From the NCBI GenBank assembly GCA_963831155.1, contig CAWHOY010000008.1, positions 252,281-316,280 on the forward strand: a stretch of DNA of 64,000 nt. Direction: 5' to 3'. The notes beneath the pieces are model-generated. The model saw only the letters and a list, made by a program, of their open reading frames with translations. It searched no databases and was not told the DNA's origin. Source of the stretch: an uncultured Acidimicrobiaceae bacterium (lineage in GTDB: Bacteria > Actinomycetota > Acidimicrobiia > Acidimicrobiales > Bog-793). Each line of letters opens with the position of its first letter. Position 1 is the stretch's first letter. Of this stretch, positions 21,864 through 31,331 are shown in pieces. The position numbers and the translations under genes were made by a program.

Positions 21864-23401
21864 TCTCGCACTTTTCGCTGCGCGCCCGACTCACCTTTGT
21901 GGCCGTGGCGATCACCCTTGTCGCGCTCGTCGCCGCAGACTTCGTCGTCTACACCGAATTCCGTTCGTATCTGTTCGGGCACGTCGACGCGACACTCGAG
22001 AACGCGCACCCCGCGCTCGAAGGCGTCGCCGACGAGGCGAACAGAACGATGCCGGTCCACGGTCCCTCGGCTCCAAAGGACGATTCCTACGGAGGTGGTC
22101 CCGGTGGAGGGCCAGGCTTTGCTTCAGGTTTCTGCCAGCTCGGCTCCTCGGTCGCGCCGGGGATGTTCGTCGAGGTTCGAACGCCCAAAGGACGGGTCGT
22201 CGCTGGAGATGACGGCCGTGAATACTGCAAGGCGTTCGAGATCGGCGAGCAAAAGCTCTCGCAACCAGAGATCCCGACCAAGATCACGGGCTTGCACCCG
22301 AGCTCGGAAAACCGCGCCGAGCTCGTCAGCTACTTCTCCGCACGAGCGCAGTCGGGCAACGGACCGTCGTACCGCGTCCGGGTCTCAACCCTCGACAACG
22401 GCGACTACCTCGTGATCGCCGATCCCGTCGGGGACGTCGCGAGCTCGATCGCCCGTCTCGTCCGCTTGGAGATCCTCGTCACCGCGGTCGCGTTCTTGTC
22501 GGCGCTCGTCATCAGCCTGGTGCTGATCCGACTCGGCCTGCGCCCGCTACGCGACGTCGAGAGGACCGCGGATGCGATTACCGGTGGTGATCTCGTCCAC
22601 CGCGTGCCGAGCCAGAACCCGAACACCGAGGTCGGACACGTCGCGGCCGCGCTGAACGTCATGCTCGATCGGATCGAGATCGCCTTCGAGGACTTGAAGT
22701 CCTCAGAAGCGCGCCTTCGCCGCTTCGTCTCGGACGCCTCGCACGAGCTGCGCACGCCGATCGCAGCGGTCTCTGCCTACGCCGAGCTGTATCGCCGCGG
22801 CGCATGTGCCGAAGGCGACGATCTCGCGCGCGTGCTGTCCGGCATCGAGCGGGAGTCCGAGCGCATGGCGCGACTGGTCGAGGACCTCCTCACCTTGGCG
22901 CGGCTCGACGAGCACGCGTCACTCGCCCACGAGCCGGTCGAGCTCGTCGGTCTCGCCCACGAGGCGATAGAGACTGCCCGCACCGTCGGACCCGAGTGGC
23001 CCGTCGATCTCGAAGCCCGTGGTCCCGTCGAGATCTCGGGTGATCGCGACGCGCTGCGCCGGGTGATCGACAACTTGCTCTCGAATCTCCGTTCGCACAC
23101 CCCGCCACGAACCCACGCCACGCTGACGGTCCGGCGCGAGGGGAGTGAAGCGATCGTCGAGCTCGCGGACGAGGGCCCGGGGATCAGCGCAGCCGACGCG
23201 CGCACGATCTTCGAGCGTTTCGTGAGAGTCGATCCGTCGCGGACCCGGACGACCGGCGGTGCGGGGCTCGGTCTCGCGATCGTCTCCTCGGTGGCACGTG
23301 CGCACGGTGGCCGAGCGGAGGCCGGTCCGCGGCCCTGTGGAGGAGCGATCTTCCGTGTGATCTTTCCGAGCATCGATAGCGAGGTCGTCGAGACCGTCTA
23401 A
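21860..23401 (+). CDS. sensor histidine kinase (TM-HAMP-HisKA-HATPase)
   Basis: H-box SDASHELRTPI and G-box GGAGLGLAIVSSVARAHGG. GTGA overlap with the response regulator gene. Confidence 0.9.
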   Translation: MISHFSLRARLTFVAVAITLVALVAADFVVYTEFRSYLFGHVDATLENAHPALEGVADEANRTMPVHGPSAPKDDSYGGGPGGGPGFASGFCQLGSSVAPGMFVEVRTPKGRVVAGDDGREYCKAFEIGEQKLSQPEIPTKITGLHPSSENRAELVSYFSARAQSGNGPSYRVRVSTLDNGDYLVIADPVGDVASSIARLVRLEILVTAVAFLSALVISLVLIRLGLRPLRDVERTADAITGGDLVHRVPSQNPNTEVGHVAAALNVMLDRIEIAFEDLKSSEARLRRFVSDASHELRTPIAAVSAYAELYRRGACAEGDDLARVLSGIERESERMARLVEDLLTLARLDEHASLAHEPVELVGLAHEAIETARTVGPEWPVDLEARGPVEISGDRDALRRVIDNLLSNLRSHTPPRTHATLTVRREGSEAIVELADEGPGISAADARTIFERFVRVDPSRTRTTGGAGLGLAIVSSVARAHGGRAEAGPRPCGGAIFRVIFPSIDSEVVETV

Positions 23402-23504
23402 TACTTCGCGAACCTTGCGCGTATGTGCGCACGGATTGCACGTTGACCTCGCCCGTTGCAGCGCCCATGATGCGGTCAGCCCAGATGCAATTGGAGGGAG
23501 ATTT

Positions 23505-23819
23505 ATGCACTACGTGGTGCTCGGAATCCACAGTCCAGAGATCTGCCCGACGGCGAACGCCAAGACAAAGGAGCTGCTGCTGCAGACCGCGCCGCAGATC
23601 CCGAAGATCGCAGAATCAAACGGTGTGAAGCTCGTCGCTGGTCCATTCGTCAACCGTGAGCACATGACGGTCACCGTCGTCGAGGCCAAAAGCGGAGAAG
23701 ACCTCGATCGTTTCATCGTGGAGTCCCATCTCGCTCAGTGGAACACGGTCCGCATCATTCCGTCCGTGCCGATGGAGGAAGGGATGAAAGAGATCGCGGG
23801 AGAGACTCCCGTCTTCTAA
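23505..23819 (+). CDS. small conserved-looking cytosolic protein of unknown function (104 aa)
   Basis: ATG 23505 lies 6 nt after GGAGGGA. MHYVVLGIHSPEICPTANAKTKELLL.. has clean coding composition. The ORF upstream of this ATG is nonsense. Confidence 0.6.
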   Translation: MHYVVLGIHSPEICPTANAKTKELLLQTAPQIPKIAESNGVKLVAGPFVNREHMTVTVVEAKSGEDLDRFIVESHLAQWNTVRIIPSVPMEEGMKEIAGETPVF

Positions 23820-23834
23820 CGCGTTTCACCCGGC

Positions 23835-23878
23835 GATCGACGCGTGCCGGATTGATCGGCACGCGTCGATCCTTTCGT
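23835..23878 (+). terminator. strong stem-loop, likely intrinsic terminator
   Basis: Perfect 15-bp stem: GATCGACGCGTGCCG (23835-23849), loop GATTGAT, CGGCACGCGTCGATC (23857-23871), followed by CTTTCG. It begins 16 nt after the stop at 23819. Confidence 0.6.
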
Positions 23879-23953
23879 CGGACCGACGCGACGCGCCGAG
23901 CTGGGGACGTGAACTCGATGGACCCCACACGACGAGTCACGTAATCTGCGCCG

Positions 23954-24730
23954 ATGCCGGTCACTGCCGATGACGCTGTTGCCGCGCTGTTGATCACCTT
24001 GTCCCGTCTCGCCGATGCGCACCCCGCCGGATGGGTGCGGAGCGAGAGAGGCGTCGCTGCCTTGTACACCGGCGCGCCGGTTCCGATGTTCAATGGCGTG
24101 ATCACCGAGCGTGCCGACGCAGACGCCGACATCGCCGCAGAGATGCTCGACGAGATCGCCGCGACCGGGGTGCCGTACCACGTTGCCGTGCGGTCCGAGG
24201 ATCACGCCGACTTCGTTGAACTCGCGCGATCGCACGGGTTGACCTCAAAGGAAACGGTCCCGCTGATGGTCCTCGAGTCGCCGGCGCGCGTGGTCGGTCA
24301 AACGTTGTCCGAAGGGCTAACGATCCGTGAGCTCACACCCGAAGAATCCGACCAGCACGTCGAGCTTGCTGCGGCGTCCTTCGACATGCCCGTCGAGGTC
24401 GCGAGGCAGCTGATGGCGCCCGAGGTGTTCGCAATCGACGGTGTGCGTAGCTACCTCGGCGAAATCGACGGACGTCCCGTCGCGACCGCGCTCGGGATGA
24501 CGACCGGTGACGTCGTCGGGGTCTTCAACGTCGGAACGCTCGAGGACGCTCGCGGCCGAGGTTTCGGCGCTGCTTTGACCGTGCGCGCGATCGCCGACGG
24601 CGTTGCGAAGGGGGCGCAATGGTCGTACCTGCAGTCGAGCGCGATGGGCTTTCCCGTCTACCGCCGCCTCGGCTTCGAAACGGTCGAGGAATGGAGCCAA
24701 TACCTTCCCGCCGCGCCCGGCGCCTCGTGA
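23954..24730 (+). CDS. GNAT-family N-acetyltransferase
   Basis: 258 aa with the acetyl-CoA pocket motif RGRGFGAALT in the C-terminal half. Confidence 0.75.
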   Translation: MPVTADDAVAALLITLSRLADAHPAGWVRSERGVAALYTGAPVPMFNGVITERADADADIAAEMLDEIAATGVPYHVAVRSEDHADFVELARSHGLTSKETVPLMVLESPARVVGQTLSEGLTIRELTPEESDQHVELAAASFDMPVEVARQLMAPEVFAIDGVRSYLGEIDGRPVATALGMTTGDVVGVFNVGTLEDARGRGFGAALTVRAIADGVAKGAQWSYLQSSAMGFPVYRRLGFETVEEWSQYLPAAPGAS

Positions 24731-24764
24731 GGCACGCACCGGCTCGCGGGTAGCGCGGGGGTCG

Positions 24765-25382
24765 CTACGTCCCAAAGAGGCGGTCGCCGAAATCGCCGAG
24801 ACCGGGGACGATGTAGGCCTGGTCGTTGAGTCCGTCGTCGAGCGCCGCCGTGAAGACGTTGAGTGCCGGGTGCGCCTGTGCGAGGTGATGAACTCCCTCT
24901 GGCGCGGCGACGACCGATAGCAGCGACACCTGTGTGGCGCCGGCGTCGAAGAGCGCGCCTGCCGCCGCGGCGGCCGAACCTCCGGTCGCGAGCATCGGGT
25001 CGAGGAGCAGCACGGCCCGCCCTTCGATCGGCGGAAGCTTCGAGTAATACAGCGACGGCTCGAAGGTCGCGTGATCGCGCTCCAGTCCGATGTAGCCGAC
25101 GGGGATCTCGGGGAACAGCTCGGTCACCGCTTCGAGCATGCCGAGTCCGGCGCGCAGGATCGGCACGGCGACGAGTCCTTGCGCGATGCGCTCACCGGAC
25201 GCCGTGGCGATCGGCGTCTCGACCTCGACCGACTCCGTCGCCACCGACCGCGTCGCCTCGAGGCACAAGACGAGCGCGAGGCGCTTGGCAAGGACGCGGA
25301 AAAGGGGCGGCGGCGTTCTCTTGTCGCGCAACGCGGCGAGGAGCGTCTTCGCGAGCGGGTGGTCGACGACGGTGAGCGCCAC
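24765..25382 (-). CDS. upp: uracil phosphoribosyltransferase
   Basis: VVDHPLAKTLLAALRD, PILRAGLGM, LLDPMLATGGS and YIVPGLGDFGDRLFGT. Confidence 0.93.
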   Translation of the reverse strand: MALTVVDHPLAKTLLAALRDKRTPPPLFRVLAKRLALVLCLEATRSVATESVEVETPIATASGERIAQGLVAVPILRAGLGMLEAVTELFPEIPVGYIGLERDHATFEPSLYYSKLPPIEGRAVLLLDPMLATGGSAAAAAGALFDAGATQVSLLSVVAAPEGVHHLAQAHPALNVFTAALDDGLNDQAYIVPGLGDFGDRLFGT

Positions 25383-25410
25383 CAGTCCCCCTTGTCCTCA
25401 GTCAGCGTTC

Positions 25411-26279
25411 TCAGACGCCGATCGGGTGCCAGACGGTCTTCGTCTCGATGAAAGAGAGCATGCGCCGCGGATTCGGCGGCGCCATCCAGTCGACCTCGCC
25501 ACTTGGTGGACGGAGTACGCGCTTCACGTTCGTCGCCGCCTGTCGCTCGAGCTCCGCCGCGAGCTCGAGCGGCGCGCCGGCGAGGTCGAGCGCGTCGACG
25601 TCACGGTGCTGAGCGATCACCGGCGCCAGCTCGGCGACGTGCCCGGTGACGATGTTGACGACGCCGCCCGGCAGATCTGACGTCGCGAGCACCTCGGCGA
25701 GCGTCACCGCCGGCAGCGGACGGGCGTCACTCGCGACGACGACCGTCGTGTTTCCCGTCGTGATCACCGGGGCGATGGTGGAGATGAGTCCGAGGAACGA
25801 GGAGTCCTGTGGGGCCAAGACGCCGACGACACCCGTCGGTTCGGGGATCGAGAAATCGAAATACGGGCCGGCAACGGGATTGGACGAGCCGGCGATCTGG
25901 GCGACCTTGTCCGACCACCCCGCGTACCAAATGACACGGTCGATCGCCGCGTCGACGATCGATCGAGCATCTGCCTTGTCGAGGCCTTCGCTTTCGCGCG
26001 CCGCCGAGACGAACTGGGCGCGCCGGTCCTCGAGCATCTCGCCGACGCGGTAGAGGATCTGGCCGCGCAGGTACGCCGTCGCCGCCGACCAGCCGCCGAG
26101 CGCGCCGCGCGCCGCGACGACCGCGTCGCGGATGTCCTTTCGTGATCCCCAGGCGACATTGGCGAGGAAGCTGCCGTCGGCGGCGTTGACGATGTAGGAG
26201 CGGCCGGACTCAGAACGCGGAACGCGCCGCCGATGTAGAGCTTGTAGGTCTTGTTGACCGCGACACGAGTCTCAGACAT
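25411..26279 (-). pseudogene. aldehyde-dehydrogenase-fold paralog, frameshifted near its 5' end and lacking the catalytic domain
   Basis: ATG 26279 (MSETRVAVNKTYKLYIGGAF) overlaps the upstream ALDH stop (ATGTCTGA). The frame breaks at about 26218-26222 (TTCCG where TTCCCG would give ..GGAFPRSESGRSYIVNAADG..). The sequence then continues into ORF 25411-26037. It ends 38 aa after ..NVKRV, with no ELGGK or catalytic Cys segment. Confidence 0.6.
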
Positions 26280-27762
26280 CGAGGTAGGCCCCGAGACCGT
26301 GGCGGCCGCCCTCGCGCCCGAAGCCCGATTCGCGATAGCCACCAAAGGGGCTTGTCGGGTCGAAGCGGTTGTAGGTGTTCGCCCAGACGACCCCGGCACG
26401 CAGCTGGCTCGCCATCCAGAGAATCCGGCTGCCCTTTTCGGTCCACACCCCGGCCGAGAGCCCGTAGGTTGTGTTGTTCGCCTTCTTCACCGCTTCTTCG
26501 GGGGTGCGGAAGGTGAGCACCGAGAGCACCGGTCCGAAGATCTCCTCTCGGGCGATGCGGTGCGCCTGGGAGACGCCGGTGAAGACGGTCGGCGGGAACC
26601 AATAGCCCCGCTGGGGCAGCGTGCATGGCGGCGACCAGCGTTCGGCGCCCTCGGACTCGCCGATCGCCGACAGCTCGCGAATCTTTTGCAACTGCTCGGC
26701 TGAGTTGATCGCCCCGATGTCGGTGTTCTTGTCGAGCGGGTCGCCGAGCCGCAGCGTGCCAAGGCGCGTCCTCAACTGCTCGACGATGGCGTCGGCGACC
26801 GACTCTTGGACCAAAAGGCGCGACCCGGCGCAGCAGACGTGTCCCTGATTGAAAAAGATGCCGTTGACGATGCCTTCGATCGCCTGGGAGATTGGCGCGT
26901 CCTCGAAGACGACGTTCGCGGCCTTGCCGCCGAGCTCCAACGTGAGGCGTTTGTGCGTTCCGGCGACGGCGCGCTGGATCGCCTTTCCGACCTCGGTCGA
27001 ACCGGTGAAGGCCACCTTGTCGACGCCGCGGTGCGTGACGATGCCGGCACCGGTGTCGCCTGCCCCGGTGACGATGTTGACGACGCCCGGGGGGAGATCT
27101 GCTTGGTTGCAGATCTCGGCGAGCAAAAGCGCGCTGAGCGGCGTCGTCTCGGCCGGCTTCAGCACACAGGTGTTGCCGGCCGCGAGTGCTGGCGCGAGCT
27201 TCCACGCCGCCATCAACAACGGGAAGTTCCAGGGGATGACCTGGCCGGCAACCCCGATCGGCTTCGGGTTGGGACCGAACCCGGCGTACTCGAGCTTGTC
27301 GGCCCAGCCCGCGTAGTAAAAGAAGTGGGCCGCGGAGAGCGGCACGTCGACGTCGCGCGACTCCCGGATCGGCTTGCCGTTGTCGAGGCTCTCCAGGACG
27401 GCGAGCTCGCGTGAGCGCTCCTGGATGATGCGGGCGATGCGGTAGAGGTACTTCGCCCGGTCGGCCGGGCGCATCGACCCCCACACCTCCTCGTACGCGC
27501 GGCGCGCGGCGGCGACCGCGCGGTCGATGTCCTGCGGTCCGGCGGCGGAGACCTCGGCGAGGACTTCTTCAGAAGCCGGATTCACCGTTTTGAAGACGCC
27601 GCCGTCGATCGGCTCGACGAACTCGCCGTCGACGAAAAGCCCGTAGGAGCTCTGGATGTTGACGACGGCTCGCGACTCGGGGGCGGGTGCGTACTCGAAC
27701 TGCGGGCGGTCGACGACCTCGGCCGACGTGGGCACGGGGCGGTCACTCGATGCTGAAGTCAT
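26272..27762 (-). CDS. NAD(P)-dependent aldehyde dehydrogenase
   Basis: 496 aa with LTLELGGKAANVVF and FFNQGHVCCAGSRLLV (catalytic Cys). Confidence 0.92.
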   Translation of the reverse strand: MTSASSDRPVPTSAEVVDRPQFEYAPAPESRAVVNIQSSYGLFVDGEFVEPIDGGVFKTVNPASEEVLAEVSAAGPQDIDRAVAAARRAYEEVWGSMRPADRAKYLYRIARIIQERSRELAVLESLDNGKPIRESRDVDVPLSAAHFFYYAGWADKLEYAGFGPNPKPIGVAGQVIPWNFPLLMAAWKLAPALAAGNTCVLKPAETTPLSALLLAEICNQADLPPGVVNIVTGAGDTGAGIVTHRGVDKVAFTGSTEVGKAIQRAVAGTHKRLTLELGGKAANVVFEDAPISQAIEGIVNGIFFNQGHVCCAGSRLLVQESVADAIVEQLRTRLGTLRLGDPLDKNTDIGAINSAEQLQKIRELSAIGESEGAERWSPPCTLPQRGYWFPPTVFTGVSQAHRIAREEIFGPVLSVLTFRTPEEAVKKANNTTYGLSAGVWTEKGSRILWMASQLRAGVVWANTYNRFDPTSPFGGYRESGFGREGGRHGLGAYLDV

Positions 27763-28720
27763 CGGTCCCCGCGTACGCGCCTGTGAGCTGCTTGCGACGC
27801 TGCATCAAAAGATCGTTCAACAAGCTCGACGCGCCGATGCGGAAGTGCGCGGCGTCGAGCCAGTCCGAGCCCGCCGTCTCGTTGACGACGACGAGGTATC
27901 GGATCGCATCCTTCGCGGTGCGAATCCCACCGGCGACCTTCACGCCGACTTGGACGCCGGTCATCTGCGCGAAGTCGCGCACCGCCTCCAGCATGACGAG
28001 CGCGACCGGCAACGTCGCAGCCGGCGCCACCTTTCCCGTCGAGGTCTTGACGAAATCGGCGCCCCCCAACATCGCGATCCACGAGGCACGGCGCACGTTG
28101 TCGTAGGTGGCGAGCTCGCCGGTTTCGAGGATCACCTTCAAATGAATCAGTCCGCAGGTCTCCTTCACCGCGCGTACCTCCTCGAGGACCTGCGCGTAGC
28201 GACCGGTCAGAAAGGCGCCGCGATCGATGACCATGTCGACCTCGTCAGCGCCCGCTTCGATCGCGTCTGTCACGTCGGCGAGCTTCACGGCGAGCGACGC
28301 TCGCCCAGAGGGAAAGGCCGTCGCTACGGACGCCACCTTGACCTGCGAGCCGACGAGCGAGTGCTTCGCCCCTGCGACGAGGTCGGGATAGACGCAGACC
28401 GCGGCGACGGGTGGGACCGACGGGTCAGAGGGGTCGGGCTGGCGGGCCTTGTCGCACAGCGAGAGCACCTTGCCCGGAGTGTCAGCGCCTTCGAGGGTCG
28501 TCAGGTCGACCATCGAGATCGCCCGCTCGAGTGCCCAGATCTTCGAGCCCGCCTTTATCGAGCGGGTCGACAACGACGCGACGCGGGCTTCTGCACCGAC
28601 CTGGTCCACGCCGGGCAGCCCTTGCAGGTAGCGGCGGAGGGCCCCTTCCGAGCGGACGACGTCTGCGAGGCGGCTGTCGATGAGCGTCCGAGACGGGCGC
28701 GTTGTCATCGAAAGGTTCAT
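27743..28720 (-). CDS. deoC: deoxyribose-phosphate aldolase (long actinobacterial form)
   Basis: VAAVCVYP, KVASVATAFPSG, DEVDMVIDRG, LKVILETGEL and GADFVKTSTGK. The start is taken at ATG 28720; the ORF is open to 28795. Confidence 0.88.
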   Translation of the reverse strand: MNLSMTTRPSRTLIDSRLADVVRSEGALRRYLQGLPGVDQVGAEARVASLSTRSIKAGSKIWALERAISMVDLTTLEGADTPGKVLSLCDKARQPDPSDPSVPPVAAVCVYPDLVAGAKHSLVGSQVKVASVATAFPSGRASLAVKLADVTDAIEAGADEVDMVIDRGAFLTGRYAQVLEEVRAVKETCGLIHLKVILETGELATYDNVRRASWIAMLGGADFVKTSTGKVAPAATLPVALVMLEAVRDFAQMTGVQVGVKVAGGIRTAKDAIRYLVVVNETAGSDWLDAAHFRIGASSLLNDLLMQRRKQLTGAYAGTDDFSIE

Positions 28721-28880
28721 CTCGGACTCCCGCTCACCTGCGCGCTCGGCGGCGGGGGAGGTGCTCGTCACGGCGTGGCCGATTCCTCTCCGCATCGCCG
28801 CACCGGGCGTGCGGCGGCGTTCATCCTACTGAGGGTCAAAAATTGGCCTCCCGGTCACGGGCACCCGGTAAAAAGCGGGG

Positions 28881-29738
28881 GTGGCGAATCCGTGGCTCGA
28901 GCGTCGGGTGATCGCCTACGCCCACCAGGGCGGGGAGTCCGAGGCGCCGTCATCGACGCTCTACGCCGTCGACCGCGCCCTCGCCTTGGGCACGACCGGC
29001 ATCGAGCTCGACGTCCACGCGACGAGAGACGGTGAGCTCGTCGTCTGCCACGACGCAACCGTCGACCGGACGACGGACGGCGCCGGCGCGATCGCCACGA
29101 TGACGCTCGCCGAGCTCCGCCAGCTCGACAACGCCTACTGGTTTGTGCCCGGTGAAAAGGCTGTCCATGACCGTGCGGTGGTTGACTACCCCTTGCGCGG
29201 CCGTGCCCCGGCTGACCGCCGATTCGCGGTGCCAACGCTTTCGGAGGTGCTTGCGCTGACGGGAGCCTGCGCGCTCAACCTCGACATCAAACAAACGGCG
29301 CCGGCGGTCGCGCCCTACGAGGAAGCGCTCGCCGCGGCGCTGCGAGACTGCGCCCGGCCCGACCTCGTCATCGTCGCCTCGTTCCACGATGCGGCGACGG
29401 AGCGATTCAAAGCGCTCGCCCCCGAGATTGGGACGTCACCGGGACAGAACGAGGTGACGTCGTTCATCCAGTCGGTCGTCAGAGGAGAGGATCCGGATGC
29501 AGCGATCGCGAGGCACGTGGCGATCCAGGTTCCGCCGCGAGCCTTCGGCATCGAGCTCGTCACCGAGTCCTTCGTTTCGACCGCGCACGATTACGGCTTG
29601 GCGGTACATGTCTGGACGATCGACGATCCGGAAGAGATCAGGCAGCTTTGTCGACTCGGCGTCGACGCGGTGATGTCCGATCGCCCATCTGTGCTCGTGG
29701 AGACGCTCGCCGAGCTCGATTGTGCGTGGAGGCGATGA
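28881..29738 (+). CDS. glycerophosphodiester phosphodiesterase
   Basis: AYAHQGGESEAPSSTLYA..GIELDVHATRDGELVVCHD..VHVWTID. Confidence 0.88.
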   Translation: MANPWLERRVIAYAHQGGESEAPSSTLYAVDRALALGTTGIELDVHATRDGELVVCHDATVDRTTDGAGAIATMTLAELRQLDNAYWFVPGEKAVHDRAVVDYPLRGRAPADRRFAVPTLSEVLALTGACALNLDIKQTAPAVAPYEEALAAALRDCARPDLVIVASFHDAATERFKALAPEIGTSPGQNEVTSFIQSVVRGEDPDAAIARHVAIQVPPRAFGIELVTESFVSTAHDYGLAVHVWTIDDPEEIRQLCRLGVDAVMSDRPSVLVETLAELDCAWRR

Positions 29739-29746
29739 GCGAAGGG

Positions 29747-29830
29747 TCAGCCGCGACCGCAGTTCGGCTTCTTGCCATGATTGGCGTTCTTTTTCTTGCG
29801 CAGCTTGCGTTTGACGGTTCGCTTCGACAC
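29747..29830 (-). CDS. probable ribosomal protein bL37 (27-aa Lys/Arg-rich peptide)
   Basis: GTG 29830: VSKRTVKRKLRKKKNANHGKKPNCGRG, stop at 29747-29749. It resembles, from memory, the actinobacterial bL37 ..ANHGKRPN.. peptide. It is below the 60-aa ORF cutoff. Confidence 0.55.
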   Translation of the reverse strand: MSKRTVKRKLRKKKNANHGKKPNCGRG

Positions 29831-29872
29831 GGCGGCGAAGTGTACCTGGGAGCCAGGTAGCCTCGAACCGAG

Positions 29873-30949
29873 ATGGAGCGCGTCGGTCTTGTCGGTCTGC
29901 CGAACGCCGGCAAGTCGCTGTTGTTCAACGCGCTCACCGGTGGGAACGTCCCGGTGGCGACCCATCCGTTCACGACGACCGAGACCGCGGTCGGCGTAGC
30001 GCACGTTCCCGACCACCGGCTGTACGCGCTGGCGAAGATGAGTGCTAGTCGCAAGGTCGTCGAGGCGGCGGTCGAGGTCGTCGACATCGCGGGGCTCGTC
30101 GCCGGTGCAGAACGCGGCGAGGGACTCGGCAACCGCTTTCTTGCTGGGATCCGTGAAGTCGACGCACTCTGCCTCGTGTTGCGCAGCTTCGCCGATGACG
30201 AGGTGAGCGGCGAGCGCGACCCCCTGTCGGCGCTGTCGGTGCTCGAGCTCGAGCTCGTGCTCGCCGACGCGGCGTCGATCGAGGTGCAGATCGCGAAACA
30301 GCAGAAAGCTGCACGCGTGAACCCATCGCTCGCCGGCGCCGCCGACGCGATGAAAGCCGCGCAGGTGGTCCTGCAATCGGGGACTCCGCTCTACCGATCC
30401 GCGCTTTCAAAGGAGACGCGCGACGCGCTCGCGCCGCTCTTTTTGTTGACGAACAAGCCGGTCTTCTGTGTCGTGAACATCGACGAGGAAGAGATTGCCG
30501 AAGGCGACTCCGTCGTGAAGCCCGTCGCGCAGGAGCTCGGCGAACACACCGAAGTGCTCGCCGTGTGCGTCGCGCTCGAAGCAGAGGCGCGCCTTTTGGA
30601 CGCACAGGACCGTTCAGAGATGCTCGAGGGGCTCGGCCTCGGAGAGGGCGCGCTTCCGCGAGTGGCCCGCGCGCTCTACGAGACGGTCGGCCGGTGGACG
30701 TTCCTCACAACCGGTGAAAAGGAATCACGCGCCTGGACCTTTCGGCGCGGCGCGAAGGCTCCAGAGTGCGCCGGGGTGATCCACTCCGACTTGCAACGCG
30801 GCTTCATCCGGGCCGAAGTCATCGCTTGGGACGAGCTGCTGGCGCTCGGCTCCTGGCACTCGGCGAAGGTGGCCGGAAAGATCCGTCTCGAGGGCAAGGA
30901 CTACGAGGTGAAAGACGGCGATACCCTCGAGATTCGGTTCAACGTTTGA
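29873..30949 (+). CDS. ychF: redox-regulated ATPase YchF (Obg-family GTPase fold)
   Basis: VGLPNAGKSLLFNALT, with the C-terminal TGS-like end ..IRLEGKDYEVKDGDTLEIRFNV. Confidence 0.93.
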   Translation: MERVGLVGLPNAGKSLLFNALTGGNVPVATHPFTTTETAVGVAHVPDHRLYALAKMSASRKVVEAAVEVVDIAGLVAGAERGEGLGNRFLAGIREVDALCLVLRSFADDEVSGERDPLSALSVLELELVLADAASIEVQIAKQQKAARVNPSLAGAADAMKAAQVVLQSGTPLYRSALSKETRDALAPLFLLTNKPVFCVVNIDEEEIAEGDSVVKPVAQELGEHTEVLAVCVALEAEARLLDAQDRSEMLEGLGLGEGALPRVARALYETVGRWTFLTTGEKESRAWTFRRGAKAPECAGVIHSDLQRGFIRAEVIAWDELLALGSWHSAKVAGKIRLEGKDYEVKDGDTLEIRFNV

Positions 30950-31001
30950 GAGGGGAGTGGTCGCCGAGCGATCGGCGTCCACGACGATGAGGGAGAACTG
31001 A

Positions 31002-31331
31002 GTGGCCTGGCTCCTGCGCGGCGGTGAAGTGCTCGCGAGCCTCGACCTCGCGCGCTCGTGGAAGGACCGGGGAATCGGCCTCATCGGTCGGCGATCCTTC
31101 GAAGGTGCAATGCTGTTCGAACCCTGCCGAGCGGTGCACACAATCGGGATGCGCTTTCCTCTTGACGTGGCCTTCCTGGACGAACGTCGCGCCGTCATCG
31201 CGATGACGCGGATGGCTCCGCTGAGGATCGGTCTCCCGCGATTTGCCGCTCGCTCTGTCCTCGAAGCGCAAGGCGGTGCGTTCGAGCGGTGGAATCTTGC
31301 GCTCGGAGACACGCTCGAAATAAAGGAGTGA
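31002..31331 (+). CDS. DUF192-family protein
   Basis: 109 aa. ..RGIGLIGRRSFEGAMLFEPCRAVHTIGMRFPLDVAFLD.. has the DUF192 pattern. Confidence 0.7.
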   Translation: MAWLLRGGEVLASLDLARSWKDRGIGLIGRRSFEGAMLFEPCRAVHTIGMRFPLDVAFLDERRAVIAMTRMAPLRIGLPRFAARSVLEAQGGAFERWNLALGDTLEIKE

